Shown: positions 1 to 10,093 of the stretch, in pieces
Layout of the letters: each line of letters begins with the position of its first letter
Numbering within the stretch: position 1 is the stretch's first letter
Source of the DNA: an uncultured Alphaproteobacteria bacterium
GTDB taxonomy: Bacteria; Pseudomonadota; Alphaproteobacteria; Rhizobiales; Xanthobacteraceae
Direction: 5' to 3'
Length of the DNA: 64,000 nucleotides
NCBI GenBank assembly: GCA_963736605.1
Contig: CAVTPQ010000003.1
Coordinates: 469,064-533,063, forward strand
Made by a program: the position numbers and the translations under genes
The notes under the pieces: model-generated
Told to the model about the DNA's origin: nothing
The model's input: the letters and a program-made list of their open reading frames with translations, nothing else
Databases searched by the model: none

Positions 1-1455
1 GTTCCAGGCGCCGTCAAGCAGCGCGGCGTGGATCGGCTCGGCCAGCGCGTTCCAATATTTGGCGCGGCCGTCCAGACCGATTCGCGTGGCGATCGCGGCG
101 AGCCGCTGGCAACCGGCCCAGCACATCGCCACCGAATGCGTGTGGATGCGTCGCCGCCCGCGATATTCCCAGATGCCCGCATCCGGCTCGAGCGCCTTCG
201 TTGCGGCGCGGTGGCCGAGCGATTCCAGCAAACGAAATAGACCCTCGTCGCCCGGACGCGGCAGCCGGCGATCGAAGAACATCGGCATGGCGGCGAGGAT
301 GACGCTGCCATAGGTATCGTTCTGCACCTGCTCGGCCGCGGCATTACCGATCCGCACCGGACCGTCGCCGCGATAGCCTTCCAGCTCGGGCGCAGTGCGT
401 TCGTCGATGTTCGTCGTCGGCACCACGCTGTAGACCGGACGCAGCTGCTGGTCGGGCTTCGCCACGATCGACAGCGTGAACGAGATGAACTCCTCCATGG
501 TGCGCGTCGCGCCGATGCGATTGAGCGCCTGGACGACGAAATAAGCGTCGCGCAGCCAGCAATAGCGGTAGTCCCAGGTGCGGCCGGTCGACGGCGCCTC
601 CGGAATCGACGTGGTGTGCGCGGCGATGACGCCGCCGGTTTCGTCGAAGTTGGAGAGTTTCAGCGTGATGGCGGCGCGGATGATCGCTTCCTGCCAATCG
701 TAGGAGATCGACAGCCGGCGCACCCATTCCATCCAGTAGTCGTGGGTGCGCTCGAGGAAATCGCGGCAGGTTTTCTGCAAATCGCCGGTAAACGGCTCGT
801 CGGGACCGAACACCAGATGCAAAGGCCGCGTCAGCACGAAGGGGGCTTCGCCATCGATCATCGACAGCGGCGCGTCGGTGGTGAGGCGGATGGCGGTGCT
901 GTCGCCGGCGTAGCGGATATGATTGCTGCCGAGCGAACGGTTCGGAATCGGTTTGCCGTAATCGTAGGTCGGCCGCATCCGCACCGCGATGCGCGGCAAG
1001 CCGGCCAACGGCTCGACCATGCGGAACAGCTGCGGCGGGCGGAACACCCGGCCGAACTGGCGAAAGCGCGGCGCGAAATCGGTGATCTTGACCTTGCCGC
1101 CGTGCCGGTCCGTGAGCACGGTGGAGATGATCGCGCTGTTGCGGACATATTCGGATTGAAACTCCACCATGTCTTCGAGCACGATGTCGGAGAATCCCTT
1201 CTCCTGTTTTCCCGACACCAGCCGGCAGAAGATCGGATCGCCGTCGAAGCGCGGATAGCACCACCATACGATCCGCGAGCACGGATCGATCAAGGCGGCC
1301 AGCCGGCCGTTGCCGATGATCCCGAGATCGAGCCCATGATCGAGCCCATGATCCAGCCCATGATCGATCGTGCCGCGCGCTTGCGGCGTCGGACCGCGTT
1401 GCGCGGCGGCCGTGCGGCTGTTGCCGGCGGCCGCGACATCGAGCCCTTTGTTCAT
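1..1455 (-). CDS. Glycoside hydrolase family 15 (glucoamylase/trehalase-like); 3' end runs off the window
   Basis: Absent from the ORF track because it has no in-window stop. My minus-strand translation from ATG at 1455 reads MNKGLDVAAAG...IIGNGRLAALIDPCSRIVWWCYPRFDGDPIFCRL...TWDYRYCWLRDAYFVVQALNRIG...IWEYRGRRRIHTHS, with typical GH15 motifs. It starts 3 nt after the otsB stop. Confidence 0.85.
   Translation of the reverse strand, partial: MNKGLDVAAAGNSRTAAAQRGPTPQARGTIDHGLDHGLDHGLDLGIIGNGRLAALIDPCSRIVWWCYPRFDGDPIFCRLVSGKQEKGFSDIVLEDMVEFQSEYVRNSAIISTVLTDRHGGKVKITDFAPRFRQFGRVFRPPQLFRMVEPLAGLPRIAVRMRPTYDYGKPIPNRSLGSNHIRYAGDSTAIRLTTDAPLSMIDGEAPFVLTRPLHLVFGPDEPFTGDLQKTCRDFLERTHDYWMEWVRRLSISYDWQEAIIRAAITLKLSNFDETGGVIAAHTTSIPEAPSTGRTWDYRYCWLRDAYFVVQALNRIGATRTMEEFISFTLSIVAKPDQQLRPVYSVVPTTNIDERTAPELEGYRGDGPVRIGNAAAEQVQNDTYGSVILAAMPMFFDRRLPRPGDEGLFRLLESLGHRAATKALEPDAGIWEYRGRRRIHTHSVAMCWAGCQRLAAIATRIGLDGRAKYWNALAEPIHAALLDGAWN
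1326..1366 (-). repeat. 12-nt in-frame tandem repeat (about 3.4 copies) encoding DHGL-DHGL-DHGL near the GH15 N-terminus
   Basis: Plus strand reads gatcgagcccat gatcgagcccat gatccagcccat gatcg. Confidence 0.8.
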
Positions 1456-1458
1456 TTG

Positions 1459-2244
1459 TTACGCCGTGCTTTGGCTCTGATCGGCAATGCGCGCAAGCCA
1501 TGCGCGAACCGATTCGGGCTTATCGAAATGACCGTTGACGTCCGCCGCCACGCGGCCGACGGAGAACCCCAAGCCGCCGAATTGCGCGATGACGCCGAAC
1601 ACCGGTTCGTCGGTCGTATCGTCACCGATAAAGATCGGATTGCGCGACGCAAACGGCGCGCAATTCATCAGCTCGCAGACCGCATTGGCCTTATTGACGC
1701 CGGCCGGTTTGATCTCGACGACGAGCTTGCCGGACAATATTTCGACCGCGTCCGCCGGCAGCGTGGCGCAAATCTCGTCGACGGCGGCGCGCACCGCATC
1801 GCCCTTTTCGGGCGCCAGGCGATAATGCAGCGCCAGCGAATAACCTTTGTCCTCGGCGAGGATGCCGGGCCCGAGTTCGGCAATGCCGGCGAGCTGGCGC
1901 TTCAACGCGGCGCCGAGCGGCTTTGCCCGCATCGCCGGTTCGGCGCTCGGCAGCGCGCGCATTTCCGCGCCATGGCCGCCGATGGCGGCCAGCTCCAACG
2001 GCGAAAAAATCAAATCGATATCATGGAGCGAGCGGCCGGAGACCAGCGCCAAGGCGCCGCCGGTCAAGGCATCGAGCCGCGCCAACGTCTGCCGCAGTCC
2101 CGTCGGCACCCAGACCTGTTGCGGCGACGGCGCGAGATCGAGGATGGTGCCGTCGATGTCGAGCAGAATCGCGCATTTGCGCAAATCGGGAACGAGCGTC
2201 GTGTCCGCAAGCTCCATGTCGAGATCCGAGATTTCCAAGCCCAT
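1459..2244 (-). CDS. otsB: Trehalose-6-phosphate phosphatase (HAD-IIB)
   Basis: CAILLDIDGTILD (DxDGT), LVSGRSL, IFIGDDTTDE. The ORF extends to a TTG at 2301; the start is uncertain (2301, 2244 or 2217). Confidence 0.85.
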   Translation of the reverse strand: MGLEISDLDMELADTTLVPDLRKCAILLDIDGTILDLAPSPQQVWVPTGLRQTLARLDALTGGALALVSGRSLHDIDLIFSPLELAAIGGHGAEMRALPSAEPAMRAKPLGAALKRQLAGIAELGPGILAEDKGYSLALHYRLAPEKGDAVRAAVDEICATLPADAVEILSGKLVVEIKPAGVNKANAVCELMNCAPFASRNPIFIGDDTTDEPVFGVIAQFGGLGFSVGRVAADVNGHFDKPESVRAWLARIADQSQSTA

Positions 2245-2284
2245 CCGCGCAAAGCCTATCGCTGTCAGGTCCGATATCTGTTGC

Positions 2285-2521
2285 TCAATCGACAAATGCA
2301 AGCGGCCGGGTGCGCATGCGCAATCGGACTTTTTGGTCCCCCGGCGGAGTTCCGTGCCGGGCGAATTTCACTTCGACGCTGCGCACGACCTTGTCGATCC
2401 GGAAGCTGCCGTTGATAACGAGGTCGGTCCAGCCGCGGAATTGCGCCGGGATAAGCTCCTGGATTGTCGAATTGATGGCAGTGTACTCGCCGCCGACGCC
2501 GGCCGGAACTTGCGGTTTCAC
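2285..2521 (-). pseudogene. Relic fragment of an MFS transporter gene
   Basis: Only about 33 aa (GVGGEYTAINSTIQELIPAQFRGWTDLVINGSF) resemble the TM4-5 region of MFS sugar-porter-type proteins. The N- and C-terminal parts are missing. Confidence 0.3.
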
Positions 2522-3882
2522 CGGGCTTGGGCGGCTTTGCCGGTATAGGTAATGCGCCAGACGGTGCCGCTCGCGTCCTCGGAGATGAGCAGCGCGCCGT
2601 CCTTGGCCACGGTCACGCCGACGGGCCGGCCCCAGACTTCCGAATCGTTAATCACGAATCCGGTGGCGAAATCGTCGTACTCGCCGGTCGGCACGCCGTT
2701 CCTCACGATGACGCGGATGATCTTGTAGCCGGTGCGTTTGGATCGGTTCCACGAGCCGTGTTCGGCGGCGAAAATGTCGCCGCGGTATTCGGGCGGGAAT
2801 TGCGTGCCGTCATAAAATGTCATGCCGAGCGACGCCGAATGGGCTTGCAGCAGCACGTCGGGGATCGTGACTTTGTCTTTAAGATCGGGGCGTTCGCCTT
2901 TGTGCCACGGATCCTCATTGGCGCCGATATAGTACCAAGGCCAACCGTAGAACGCGCCTTCGCGCACGCGCGTGATGTAGTCGGGCGGCACGTCATCGCC
3001 GAGTCCGTCGCGCTCGTTGGTCGAGCACCACACCGTATCCGTCGCCGGCGCAATGGCCATGCCGACGCAATTGCGGATGCCGGTGGCGACAATGCGCTCG
3101 TTCTTGCCGTCGGGATCGAAAGCGAGAACGTCGGCACGGCCGGCTTCGCGGCCCCAGGTCGCGCCGAGCGGATGACTGGAGGCGAAGCCTTGCAGCTCGC
3201 CGCCGGTGAAGTTCTCCATGTCCTCGGCAACGTTGGAGTCGGATCCGACCGACACGTACATCATTTTCCCATCCGGCGAGAATACGACGTCGCGGGTGTG
3301 GTGGCCGCCGACCGGCAAATGCGGAACGACGGTCTCGGCGGCGCCACGCGCGGTAAGGTCGCCGTTGCGGTAAGGGAAACGCACCACGGCGTCGGTATCG
3401 CCGACATAGACCCATTGCGGGTCGGGTCCCGGCGGATAAAAGGCGATGCCGAAGGGATAAGTCAGCCCGGATGCGAATACCGACGGCTGCGCCGCTGCGG
3501 CGCCACTGGCCCGCAACACGCGAATGCGGCCCGCCCCGCTTTCGGCGACGAACACATCGCCGTTCGGCGCGGTGCGCACGATGCGCGGCCCCGACAGACC
3601 GGAAGCAAATAGGTTGACTTCAAAGCCGTTTGGGACGATTGGCTTTTGCTCGGTCCGCTGCACTGTTCTGACGACATTCCGCACGGATTTGGCAAGGTCG
3701 GGTGCCGGTAAGTCTTGCGGCTTGATCAACCGCCGCGTCCCCGGGCGGTCGACATGCCAGTCGCCAAACGCGGCCGTACCTTCGAGTAGACCGGCGCCTG
3801 TTTGCGCGAGCAACGGGATGGCGGTGAGTGAAGCTATTGCTGCGACGGAAAAGGCAATGATTGCAGAAAACGGGCGAGGCAT
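2518..3882 (-). CDS. PQQ-dependent sugar (sorbosone/glucose) dehydrogenase family beta-propeller, secreted
   Basis: Signal peptide MPRPFSAIIAFSVAAIASLTAIPLLAQ. Motifs GFEVNLFASGLSGPRIVRTAPNGDVFVAE, FYGWPWYY and HGSWNRS. Start chosen at the internal ATG 3882. Confidence 0.85.
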   Translation of the reverse strand: MPRPFSAIIAFSVAAIASLTAIPLLAQTGAGLLEGTAAFGDWHVDRPGTRRLIKPQDLPAPDLAKSVRNVVRTVQRTEQKPIVPNGFEVNLFASGLSGPRIVRTAPNGDVFVAESGAGRIRVLRASGAAAAQPSVFASGLTYPFGIAFYPPGPDPQWVYVGDTDAVVRFPYRNGDLTARGAAETVVPHLPVGGHHTRDVVFSPDGKMMYVSVGSDSNVAEDMENFTGGELQGFASSHPLGATWGREAGRADVLAFDPDGKNERIVATGIRNCVGMAIAPATDTVWCSTNERDGLGDDVPPDYITRVREGAFYGWPWYYIGANEDPWHKGERPDLKDKVTIPDVLLQAHSASLGMTFYDGTQFPPEYRGDIFAAEHGSWNRSKRTGYKIIRVIVRNGVPTGEYDDFATGFVINDSEVWGRPVGVTVAKDGALLISEDASGTVWRITYTGKAAQAR

Positions 3883-4118
3883 AGTGTGCTCCCGGCAAAG
3901 CCCGAATAATGAACAAGCCGCGACTGTTGTAGTTCCAGCGTCAATTGATCTGGCTACGGCGCGGCGCGAAGGCAAGGACTGCACGCGCGGCCTCCGTCCA
4001 GTTTACGCCGCGCCGGCAGGACGAAGAGTCCCCGCCAATTCTCCCGTAGGAATTAACCCTACGCTTCGGCTGTTCTCATTCGGCGCTTCGCCGATTCTAC
4101 ATTCCATTCGTTCGGCCG

Positions 4119-5888
4119 GTGAGCATCTTGATCGCTAGAATCGCGACCCAACTCGAAATTCCGCGACGGCTGCGCGCCGTCGTCCGGGCGCGGGAATCGA
4201 GTCTGGTCGCGCTGGCGGCTTTGGTCGGCGTGATTGCCGGAATTGTCGTGGCGGGCATGGGCATGGCGGTCGAGCTGCTGCACGAATTGTTTTTCAATCT
4301 CGAGCACGGCGAACGGCTTTCGGCGCGGCTTTCGCTCAATCCCTATCTTGCAGTGTCGGTGCCGCTGGTCGGCGGCATGATCATGGGGGCGGCAAGCGAA
4401 ATCATCAGTCGCTGGCGGCCGGAACGAGAAATCGATCCGATCGAAGCCAATGCGCTGCATGGCGGCCGGATGTCGCTGCTCGGCAGCATCATCGTCGCGG
4501 CGCAGACGGTGTGGTCGAGCGGAGTTGGCGCATCGGTCGGTCTGGAGGCCGGCTACACGCAATTTGCCAGCGGCATCGCCTCGCGCATCGGCAACGCCTT
4601 CCGCCTGCGCCGCGGCGACCTCCGCATCCTGGTCGGTTGCGGCGCCGCCGCCGGCATTGCCGGCGCCTTCGGCGCGCCGCTCGCCGGCGCCTTTTACGGC
4701 TTCGAGCTGATCATCGGCAGCTATTCGCCGAATGGGCTGGCGCCGGTCGGCATATCGGCGCTGATGGGCTATTTGGTCGCGCGGCAGCTCGAACCGGCCG
4801 AACTCGGTGTCGTTGGTCCGGAGAAGATGACCATAGTGGGTCACGATCTCGTGCTCGCCGCCACGCTCGGCCTGCTCGCCGCGGTGCTGGGCATCATTCT
4901 GATGCGCGGCGTGGCGATTAGCGAGAACATGTTCGCGCGATTGCGGCTGCGGCCGTTCCTGCGCACCATGATCGGCGGTCTCGTCGTCGGGCTGATGGCG
5001 ATGATCTCGCCGCAGATCATGTCGTCGGGCCATGGCGCGCTCCGCGTCGCCGGCATGCTCGATCTGCCCTTGCGCACCGTCGCGCTTCTCTTCCTGCTCA
5101 AGATCCTCGCCTCGATCGCGTCATTGGGCTCCGGATTTCGCGGCGGCTTGTTCTTCTCTTCGCTTCTGATCGGCGCGCTCGGCGGGCATCTCCTCGCCGT
5201 GACGCTGACCATGATCTGGCCGACAGTCTATTTCGATCCGAACGCCTATGCTGTGATCGGCATGAGCGCATTGTCGGCTTCGGTCATCGGCGGGCCGTTG
5301 ACCATGACCTTCATCGCGCTGGAGACCACCGGGGACCTCTGGCTGACCACGGCGGTGCTGATCGCGGTGATCATTGCCGCGCAGGTGACCCGCGAAGTGT
5401 TCGGCTATTCGTTCGCGACCTGGCGCTTCCATCTGCGCGGCGAGACCATCCGCAGCGCCGCCGATATCGGCTGGATGCGCGAGCTCACGGTCGAGAAGAT
5501 GATGCGCCAGGACGTGCAGACGGTGAACGCGTCCTCGACCGTCGCGGCGTTCCGCGAGACTTTCCCGCTGAGTTCGACCGCCTATGTGATCGCCGTCGAT
5601 GACGCCGATCGCTATGTCGGGCTGGTTTTGGTGGCCGACGCCCACGCCGCCGAAGCCGCGGACAAGGCGATCAAGGAGCTGCTGCAGCACCCCGACGATA
5701 TGCTGCTGCCCGGCATGGCGGTGAAGGAGGCGGTGCTCGCCTTCGACCGCGCCGAATCCGAAGCGCTGGCGGTGGTCGATTCCTATCTCGATCGCCGCGT
5801 CATCGGCATCCTCACCGAGGCCTACGTGCTGCGCCGCTACTCGGCGGCGCTGGAAGGCCGCCGCCGCGACCTGGTCGGCGAGGATTAG
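4119..5888 (+). CDS. Voltage-gated ClC chloride channel with C-terminal CBS pair
   Basis: GSGVGASVGLEAG, GAFGAPLAGAFYGFE, GGLFFSSL; C-terminal CBS-like VIAVDDADRYVGLV / VIGILTE. GTG start. Confidence 0.9.
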   Translation: MSILIARIATQLEIPRRLRAVVRARESSLVALAALVGVIAGIVVAGMGMAVELLHELFFNLEHGERLSARLSLNPYLAVSVPLVGGMIMGAASEIISRWRPEREIDPIEANALHGGRMSLLGSIIVAAQTVWSSGVGASVGLEAGYTQFASGIASRIGNAFRLRRGDLRILVGCGAAAGIAGAFGAPLAGAFYGFELIIGSYSPNGLAPVGISALMGYLVARQLEPAELGVVGPEKMTIVGHDLVLAATLGLLAAVLGIILMRGVAISENMFARLRLRPFLRTMIGGLVVGLMAMISPQIMSSGHGALRVAGMLDLPLRTVALLFLLKILASIASLGSGFRGGLFFSSLLIGALGGHLLAVTLTMIWPTVYFDPNAYAVIGMSALSASVIGGPLTMTFIALETTGDLWLTTAVLIAVIIAAQVTREVFGYSFATWRFHLRGETIRSAADIGWMRELTVEKMMRQDVQTVNASSTVAAFRETFPLSSTAYVIAVDDADRYVGLVLVADAHAAEAADKAIKELLQHPDDMLLPGMAVKEAVLAFDRAESEALAVVDSYLDRRVIGILTEAYVLRRYSAALEGRRRDLVGED

Positions 5889-5989
5889 GCGCAAATACCG
5901 CTGCGGCCACCTGTGCAATCGCGGGAAATGCGATAAAATTAGAACCGCTCAGATAGCGGGCGCGACGAATGACGGCAAGGGAGGCGGGA

Positions 5990-6442
5990 ATGGGTAGGTT
6001 CTCGGCAAGGCAAGCGTCTGTCTTTTTGGCGTTATCGTTCTTGATCGGCGGCATTTGTACCGCGGCGGCGCAGACATTGAGCTATGCCGATGCGGTGGAC
6101 CAATTGGCCGCCGCCTGTCGCACCGATCTTGCGAAATATTGCAGAGGCGTCGAGCTCGGCAACGGGCGGCTGCGGGCCTGCCTCGATGCGCACCAGAACG
6201 TGGTGTCGCCGCGCTGCCAGCAGACTCGCGTCATGGTCTATGCGTCGATCGCCCGGCGCGCCGCCGCCCAGCGCAATATCGGTCAAATCTGCGACGCCGA
6301 TATCGAAAGATTGTGCGGCACCTCACACGCCGATGCGCATCTTGTGGAATGCCTGCTGAGCGTGTCGCCTGCCGCGATGAGTCCGGCATGCAACCAGACA
6401 TTCACCGACACCGGCTGGCGCACGGAAAGGGCTCAGCAATGA
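5990..6442 (+). CDS. Secreted cysteine-rich repeat protein
   Basis: Signal peptide followed by three C-x-G...G-x-L-x-C-L...S-x-x-C repeats (CRGVELGNGRLRACL..SPRC; CDADIERLC..HLVECL..SPAC). GGGAGG lies before ATG 5990. Confidence 0.6.
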   Translation: MGRFSARQASVFLALSFLIGGICTAAAQTLSYADAVDQLAAACRTDLAKYCRGVELGNGRLRACLDAHQNVVSPRCQQTRVMVYASIARRAAAQRNIGQICDADIERLCGTSHADAHLVECLLSVSPAAMSPACNQTFTDTGWRTERAQQ

Positions 6443-7062
6443 TCAAGCATCAAATCTACACTATTTCCGCGCTGATTTTGGCGGTCGCGTTGACGGCCGC
6501 TATGGCCGATACGCGGCTCAATTCAGGTCAGATTGCAACCAGCTTGGCCGCCGTCAGCGGCGACACCAGGCTCGACCTCACGGCCGACCAGATGCGGCAG
6601 GCGGTGCTGGCCAATATCCGCGATTATCCGGGAGCGCTGCCGCCTCGCCCGTTGAGTTTTCCGCAGCTCGCCAATCTCGCTCAGTTCACCGTCGAGATTA
6701 ATTTCGATTTCAATTCTGCGGCCATCCGGCCGGAGTCCTATCGCAGTGTCGGCGCCATCGCCGACGCGCTGCATAATCCGATCCTGCTCGGTTACGGCTT
6801 TCTCGTCATCGGCCATACCGACTCGGTCGGCGGCCGCATGTATAATGTGGGCTTGAGCCAACGGCGCGCCGAGGCGATCGTCGCCGCGTTGGTCAATCCC
6901 TTCGGCGTCAATCCCGCAGTGCTGCAGCCGGTCGGTATGGGCGAAGAGCAGCTGCGCGATCCGGCGCACCCGACGTCGGGCGTCAACCGGCGCGTTCAGC
7001 TCATCAATGTCGGCAAGAAGTTCTGCTTCGGCCGCTCCGGCGAGCAATTTGTCTGCCAGTGA
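6439..7062 (+). CDS. OmpA-family (peptidoglycan-binding) protein
   Basis: INFDFNSAAIRPES...IGHTDSVGGRMYNVGLSQRRAEAI. The ATG overlaps the upstream stop (ATGA). Confidence 0.8.
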   Translation: MIKHQIYTISALILAVALTAAMADTRLNSGQIATSLAAVSGDTRLDLTADQMRQAVLANIRDYPGALPPRPLSFPQLANLAQFTVEINFDFNSAAIRPESYRSVGAIADALHNPILLGYGFLVIGHTDSVGGRMYNVGLSQRRAEAIVAALVNPFGVNPAVLQPVGMGEEQLRDPAHPTSGVNRRVQLINVGKKFCFGRSGEQFVCQ

Positions 7063-7101
7063 GCTGCCGTTCGAGTTGAGCCTGACCCGGATCGCCTGAC
7101 T

Positions 7102-7551
7102 TCACGGCCGCAGATACGCGTAACCCTGCGCCTGCAATTCGGCGAGCCGCACCACGCCGCCTTTTTCGGCAACGGCAAAACCCGGCAGCAAATCCTTCAG
7201 CGTGACGTGTTGGCCCTGCATGGTGTGGATGCAGGCATCGAGCCGGAGTCCGGATTTTTGCAACGCCTCGACATCGTGCGCCGTATCGGGCGCAGCGCCG
7301 TCGCTATGGAAGGCTTTCAGCGCCGGCCCGTGGATCACGAGCGCGATCGTCACGTGCTCCGGCCCGCCCATGCCGTCAAAATGGTTGCGGATATTGCCGA
7401 GCACGAAACCGACTTTGTCGAGATCGGCCAGATGATAGACCACCTTGGCTGCGTCCGGCGTTGCCGCGTGGACTGGCGAAATGAAAGCCGCTGTCGGCAT
7501 GATGGCGCAGGCGAGCTGCAATAGATTGCGTCGGCGCATTGGGTTCTCCAT
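7102..7551 (-). CDS. DsrE/DsrF-like family protein with Tat-type signal
   Basis: MRRRNLLQL signal; VVYHLADLDKVGFVLGNIRNH...IALVIHGPALKAF. Confidence 0.7.
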   Translation of the reverse strand: MENPMRRRNLLQLACAIMPTAAFISPVHAATPDAAKVVYHLADLDKVGFVLGNIRNHFDGMGGPEHVTIALVIHGPALKAFHSDGAAPDTAHDVEALQKSGLRLDACIHTMQGQHVTLKDLLPGFAVAEKGGVVRLAELQAQGYAYLRP

Positions 7552-7570
7552 GGCAGCCCCGGTTTCATCT

Positions 7571-8248
7571 TTATCGCTTTCGGCGCATCGCGGCCAATTC
7601 TTTGCGATCGGCGACGAGCGACGTGCATTCGCTCAAGATGGTGCGGTCGATCCGGAACACTTTGTCGTCGGCGCCGGCTTGCAATGCGCCGGCCGCCGTC
7701 GCGTCGGGCGCATTGCCCTTCCAGATGCGGATGTGGTCGAGCTTGACGATCACCGAATTATCGCTGTTGGCGAGCGTGACATCGACGCCGCCGCCGTCGC
7801 AATCGACGTCGCATTCGAAATCGATGCCGGCCGGCTTCGTCACCCGATCCTCGGGCGGTATGTCGGAGTTGTCCGGATCCTTGATCGTCGGCGCGTGACC
7901 GCAATTGCCGCTGGAATCGAAATCGCCCGGACGATCTCGAAAATTGACGCCGAGCCGGAACGAATATTGGAAATTGGGAAAGTCCGGATCTTTCTCGGTA
8001 CTGATCAGGAGCTTCATTACGCTGACTTTTTGCAGCGGGTGTTGCGCCAGATGCGCGGGATCGTAGCGGCGCACGAAGCAGGCATAGGCCTTCGGCGCAG
8101 GCGTGCTCCCGGCGAACATGCGCTTGGCAAAATCGGCGTCGAGCTGCCGGTCGTCGGCAATGGCGCGGTGCGGGGCTAAAGCCAGCATGGCGGCCACCGT
8201 TGCGGCCAGGAGCGCGACGCCTATCGATATTGCGCGGGGCGAGCCCAT
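7571..8248 (-). CDS. Secreted hypothetical protein
   Basis: Signal peptide, good third-position GC, Cys-containing body. No motif recognised. Confidence 0.55.
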   Translation of the reverse strand: MGSPRAISIGVALLAATVAAMLALAPHRAIADDRQLDADFAKRMFAGSTPAPKAYACFVRRYDPAHLAQHPLQKVSVMKLLISTEKDPDFPNFQYSFRLGVNFRDRPGDFDSSGNCGHAPTIKDPDNSDIPPEDRVTKPAGIDFECDVDCDGGGVDVTLANSDNSVIVKLDHIRIWKGNAPDATAAGALQAGADDKVFRIDRTILSECTSLVADRKELAAMRRKR

Positions 8249-8399
8249 TTAATCCTCATCGGTCGCTGTACATTATACTTATACTTGGTCGGCCACGCCG
8301 CCGCAGACGTTCAATCCGCCGTCTTGCATGATCGGACCCCGGTGGACCGCCTCGGCGGCCGCGTTAAGATGGGCGCGGGCTGGCCGGAGAAAAGTCGCG

Positions 8400-9584
8400 A
8401 TGGATGAGCGGACAACGGTCGATTGTGTGGCCAATGCGCGCGCTTTGGCGCCGGTCATTGCGGCGGCGGCGCCGCGCATCGAGACCGGCCGCGAACTGCC
8501 GCCGGACCTCGTGACCGCGCTGCACGAGGCGCGCATGTTCCGCATGCTGGTGCCGCGCTCGCTCGGCGGCGAGGAAATATCGCCGGTCGCCTTCGTCCAG
8601 GCCATCGAAGAGCTCGCCAAGGTCGATGCCTCGACCGCGTGGTGCATTGCGCAGACCTCGGTCTGCTCGACGATATCCAAGAGCATGACGCGGCAAACTG
8701 CCGAGGAGATATTCAAGAAAAATCCGCGCGGCGTGCTGGCCTGGGGCGCCTCGACCCACAACGACGCTAAGGCCGTCGCCGAAAACGGCGGTTTCCGCAT
8801 CACCGGCGTTTGGCCGTTTGCCAGCGGCAGCCGACACGCGAGCTTCCTCGCCGCCCATTGCTTCATCGTCGAGCCGGACGGTCAGCCGCGCCGCGACGCC
8901 GCCGGCAATCCGGTGCAAAAGACTTTGGTCGTGCCGCGCGAACGCGCGGCAATCCGCGACGTGTGGCAGGTGATCGGTCTTAAAGGGACCGGCAGCGACA
9001 GCTATGCTTTCACCGACGAGTTCGTGCCGGAGCATCGCGCCATCGCCTATCATGCGATGGATCCCGCCGAATGGCGCGAACACGGGCCGCTCTATTCTTT
9101 CAGCATCTACCAGCTGTTCGGGTCGACCTTTCCGGCGATCGCGCTCGGCATCGCGCGCGCGATGCTCGATGCCTTCGTCGAACTGGCGCGGACCAAGGTT
9201 GCAGGGAGCGGCTCCACGCCGCTGCGCGACAACGCGGTGGTGCAATCGCAGGTCGGCGTCGCGCAGTCGCAGCTCGCCGCCGCGCGGGTGTTCTTCCTCG
9301 CCGCCTGGGAGGAGATTTGGCAAGCGGCGCAGGGCGGAACGGTATCGCTCGATCAGCGCGTGCGCTTGCGCATGGCCTCGATCTACGCCAGCCAACAGGC
9401 GAGGCAAGTGGTCGAAGCCGCTTACCTCGCCGCCGGCGCCACGGCCGTCTTCGCCAGCAATCCGTTCGAACGCCGGTTCCGCGACATGCATGCGGTGTCG
9501 CAGCAGGCGCAATCGCAATTCTCGATTTTCGAGGCGATCGGCCGCTATTTCCTCGGGCTTGGCGCCAACCCGCGGCTGTTCTGA
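8400..9584 (+). CDS. Acyl-CoA dehydrogenase-fold flavin-dependent monooxygenase (HsaA/DszC-like)
   Basis: LHEARMFRMLVPRSLGGEEISPVAFVQAIEELAKVDASTAWC, GVWPFASGS, FRDMHAVSQQ. Start at ATG 8400. Confidence 0.8.
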   Translation: MDERTTVDCVANARALAPVIAAAAPRIETGRELPPDLVTALHEARMFRMLVPRSLGGEEISPVAFVQAIEELAKVDASTAWCIAQTSVCSTISKSMTRQTAEEIFKKNPRGVLAWGASTHNDAKAVAENGGFRITGVWPFASGSRHASFLAAHCFIVEPDGQPRRDAAGNPVQKTLVVPRERAAIRDVWQVIGLKGTGSDSYAFTDEFVPEHRAIAYHAMDPAEWREHGPLYSFSIYQLFGSTFPAIALGIARAMLDAFVELARTKVAGSGSTPLRDNAVVQSQVGVAQSQLAAARVFFLAAWEEIWQAAQGGTVSLDQRVRLRMASIYASQQARQVVEAAYLAAGATAVFASNPFERRFRDMHAVSQQAQSQFSIFEAIGRYFLGLGANPRLF

Positions 9585-9652
9585 TCGCGTTCGGAGGTCG
9601 ATAAGGTGCGCCACCACGTTCGGCCACGAAGTTAAAATCCAGGACCTAAGTC

Positions 9653-10030
9653 ATGTTTTTTGAAGAGCGCGTTGCGGAGCTGATGCGCAAAATGCTGCGC
9701 AAGAAGCTTTATGTACTGATCTCGAAACCGGTTGTGCCGCCGGAAAAGTTGAAACCGTTCCTGCTGGCGCATCTGGAATATATGATCGGGCTTGAGCAAC
9801 GCGGCCTCGTCTTCGCCTCCGGTCCGCTGGCCGACGGCGAGGGGCCGCCGAGCGGACATGGCCTGACAGTATTGCGGGCGAAGAGCGCCGAAGAAGCCCG
9901 CGCCATCGCGCAAGGCGATCCGTTTTTTACCAACGGATTGCGCACCTTTGAGTTGAAGGAATGGACGATCATGGAGGGCACGCTCGGCCTGCGCGTCAAT
10001 CTCTCCGATCAATCGATCGAGGTGACATGA
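9653..10030 (+). CDS. YciI family protein
   Basis: HLEYMIGLEQRGLVFASGPL...AQGDPFFTNGLRTFELKEW. Confidence 0.75.
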   Translation: MFFEERVAELMRKMLRKKLYVLISKPVVPPEKLKPFLLAHLEYMIGLEQRGLVFASGPLADGEGPPSGHGLTVLRAKSAEEARAIAQGDPFFTNGLRTFELKEWTIMEGTLGLRVNLSDQSIEVT

Positions 10031-10093
10031 CAATCCAAGCGATGTCGCGGTAACATAGCGAAGCAACACAGAAGAAGAATTCAGGGGAGGTTC

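Noticed and set aside
344-2415. Long ORFs 344-1501(-) of 385 aa and 616-2415(+) of 599 aa
   Set aside because: The translations are Arg/Ala/Gly-rich with no motifs. They are out of frame or antisense to the clearly recognisable GH15 and otsB genes, which is a typical high-GC artefact.
3985-4118. Possible fluoride riboswitch upstream of the ClC channel
   Set aside because: I found no crcB-motif conserved core. The channel is a CBS-containing ClC rather than the ClC-F type.
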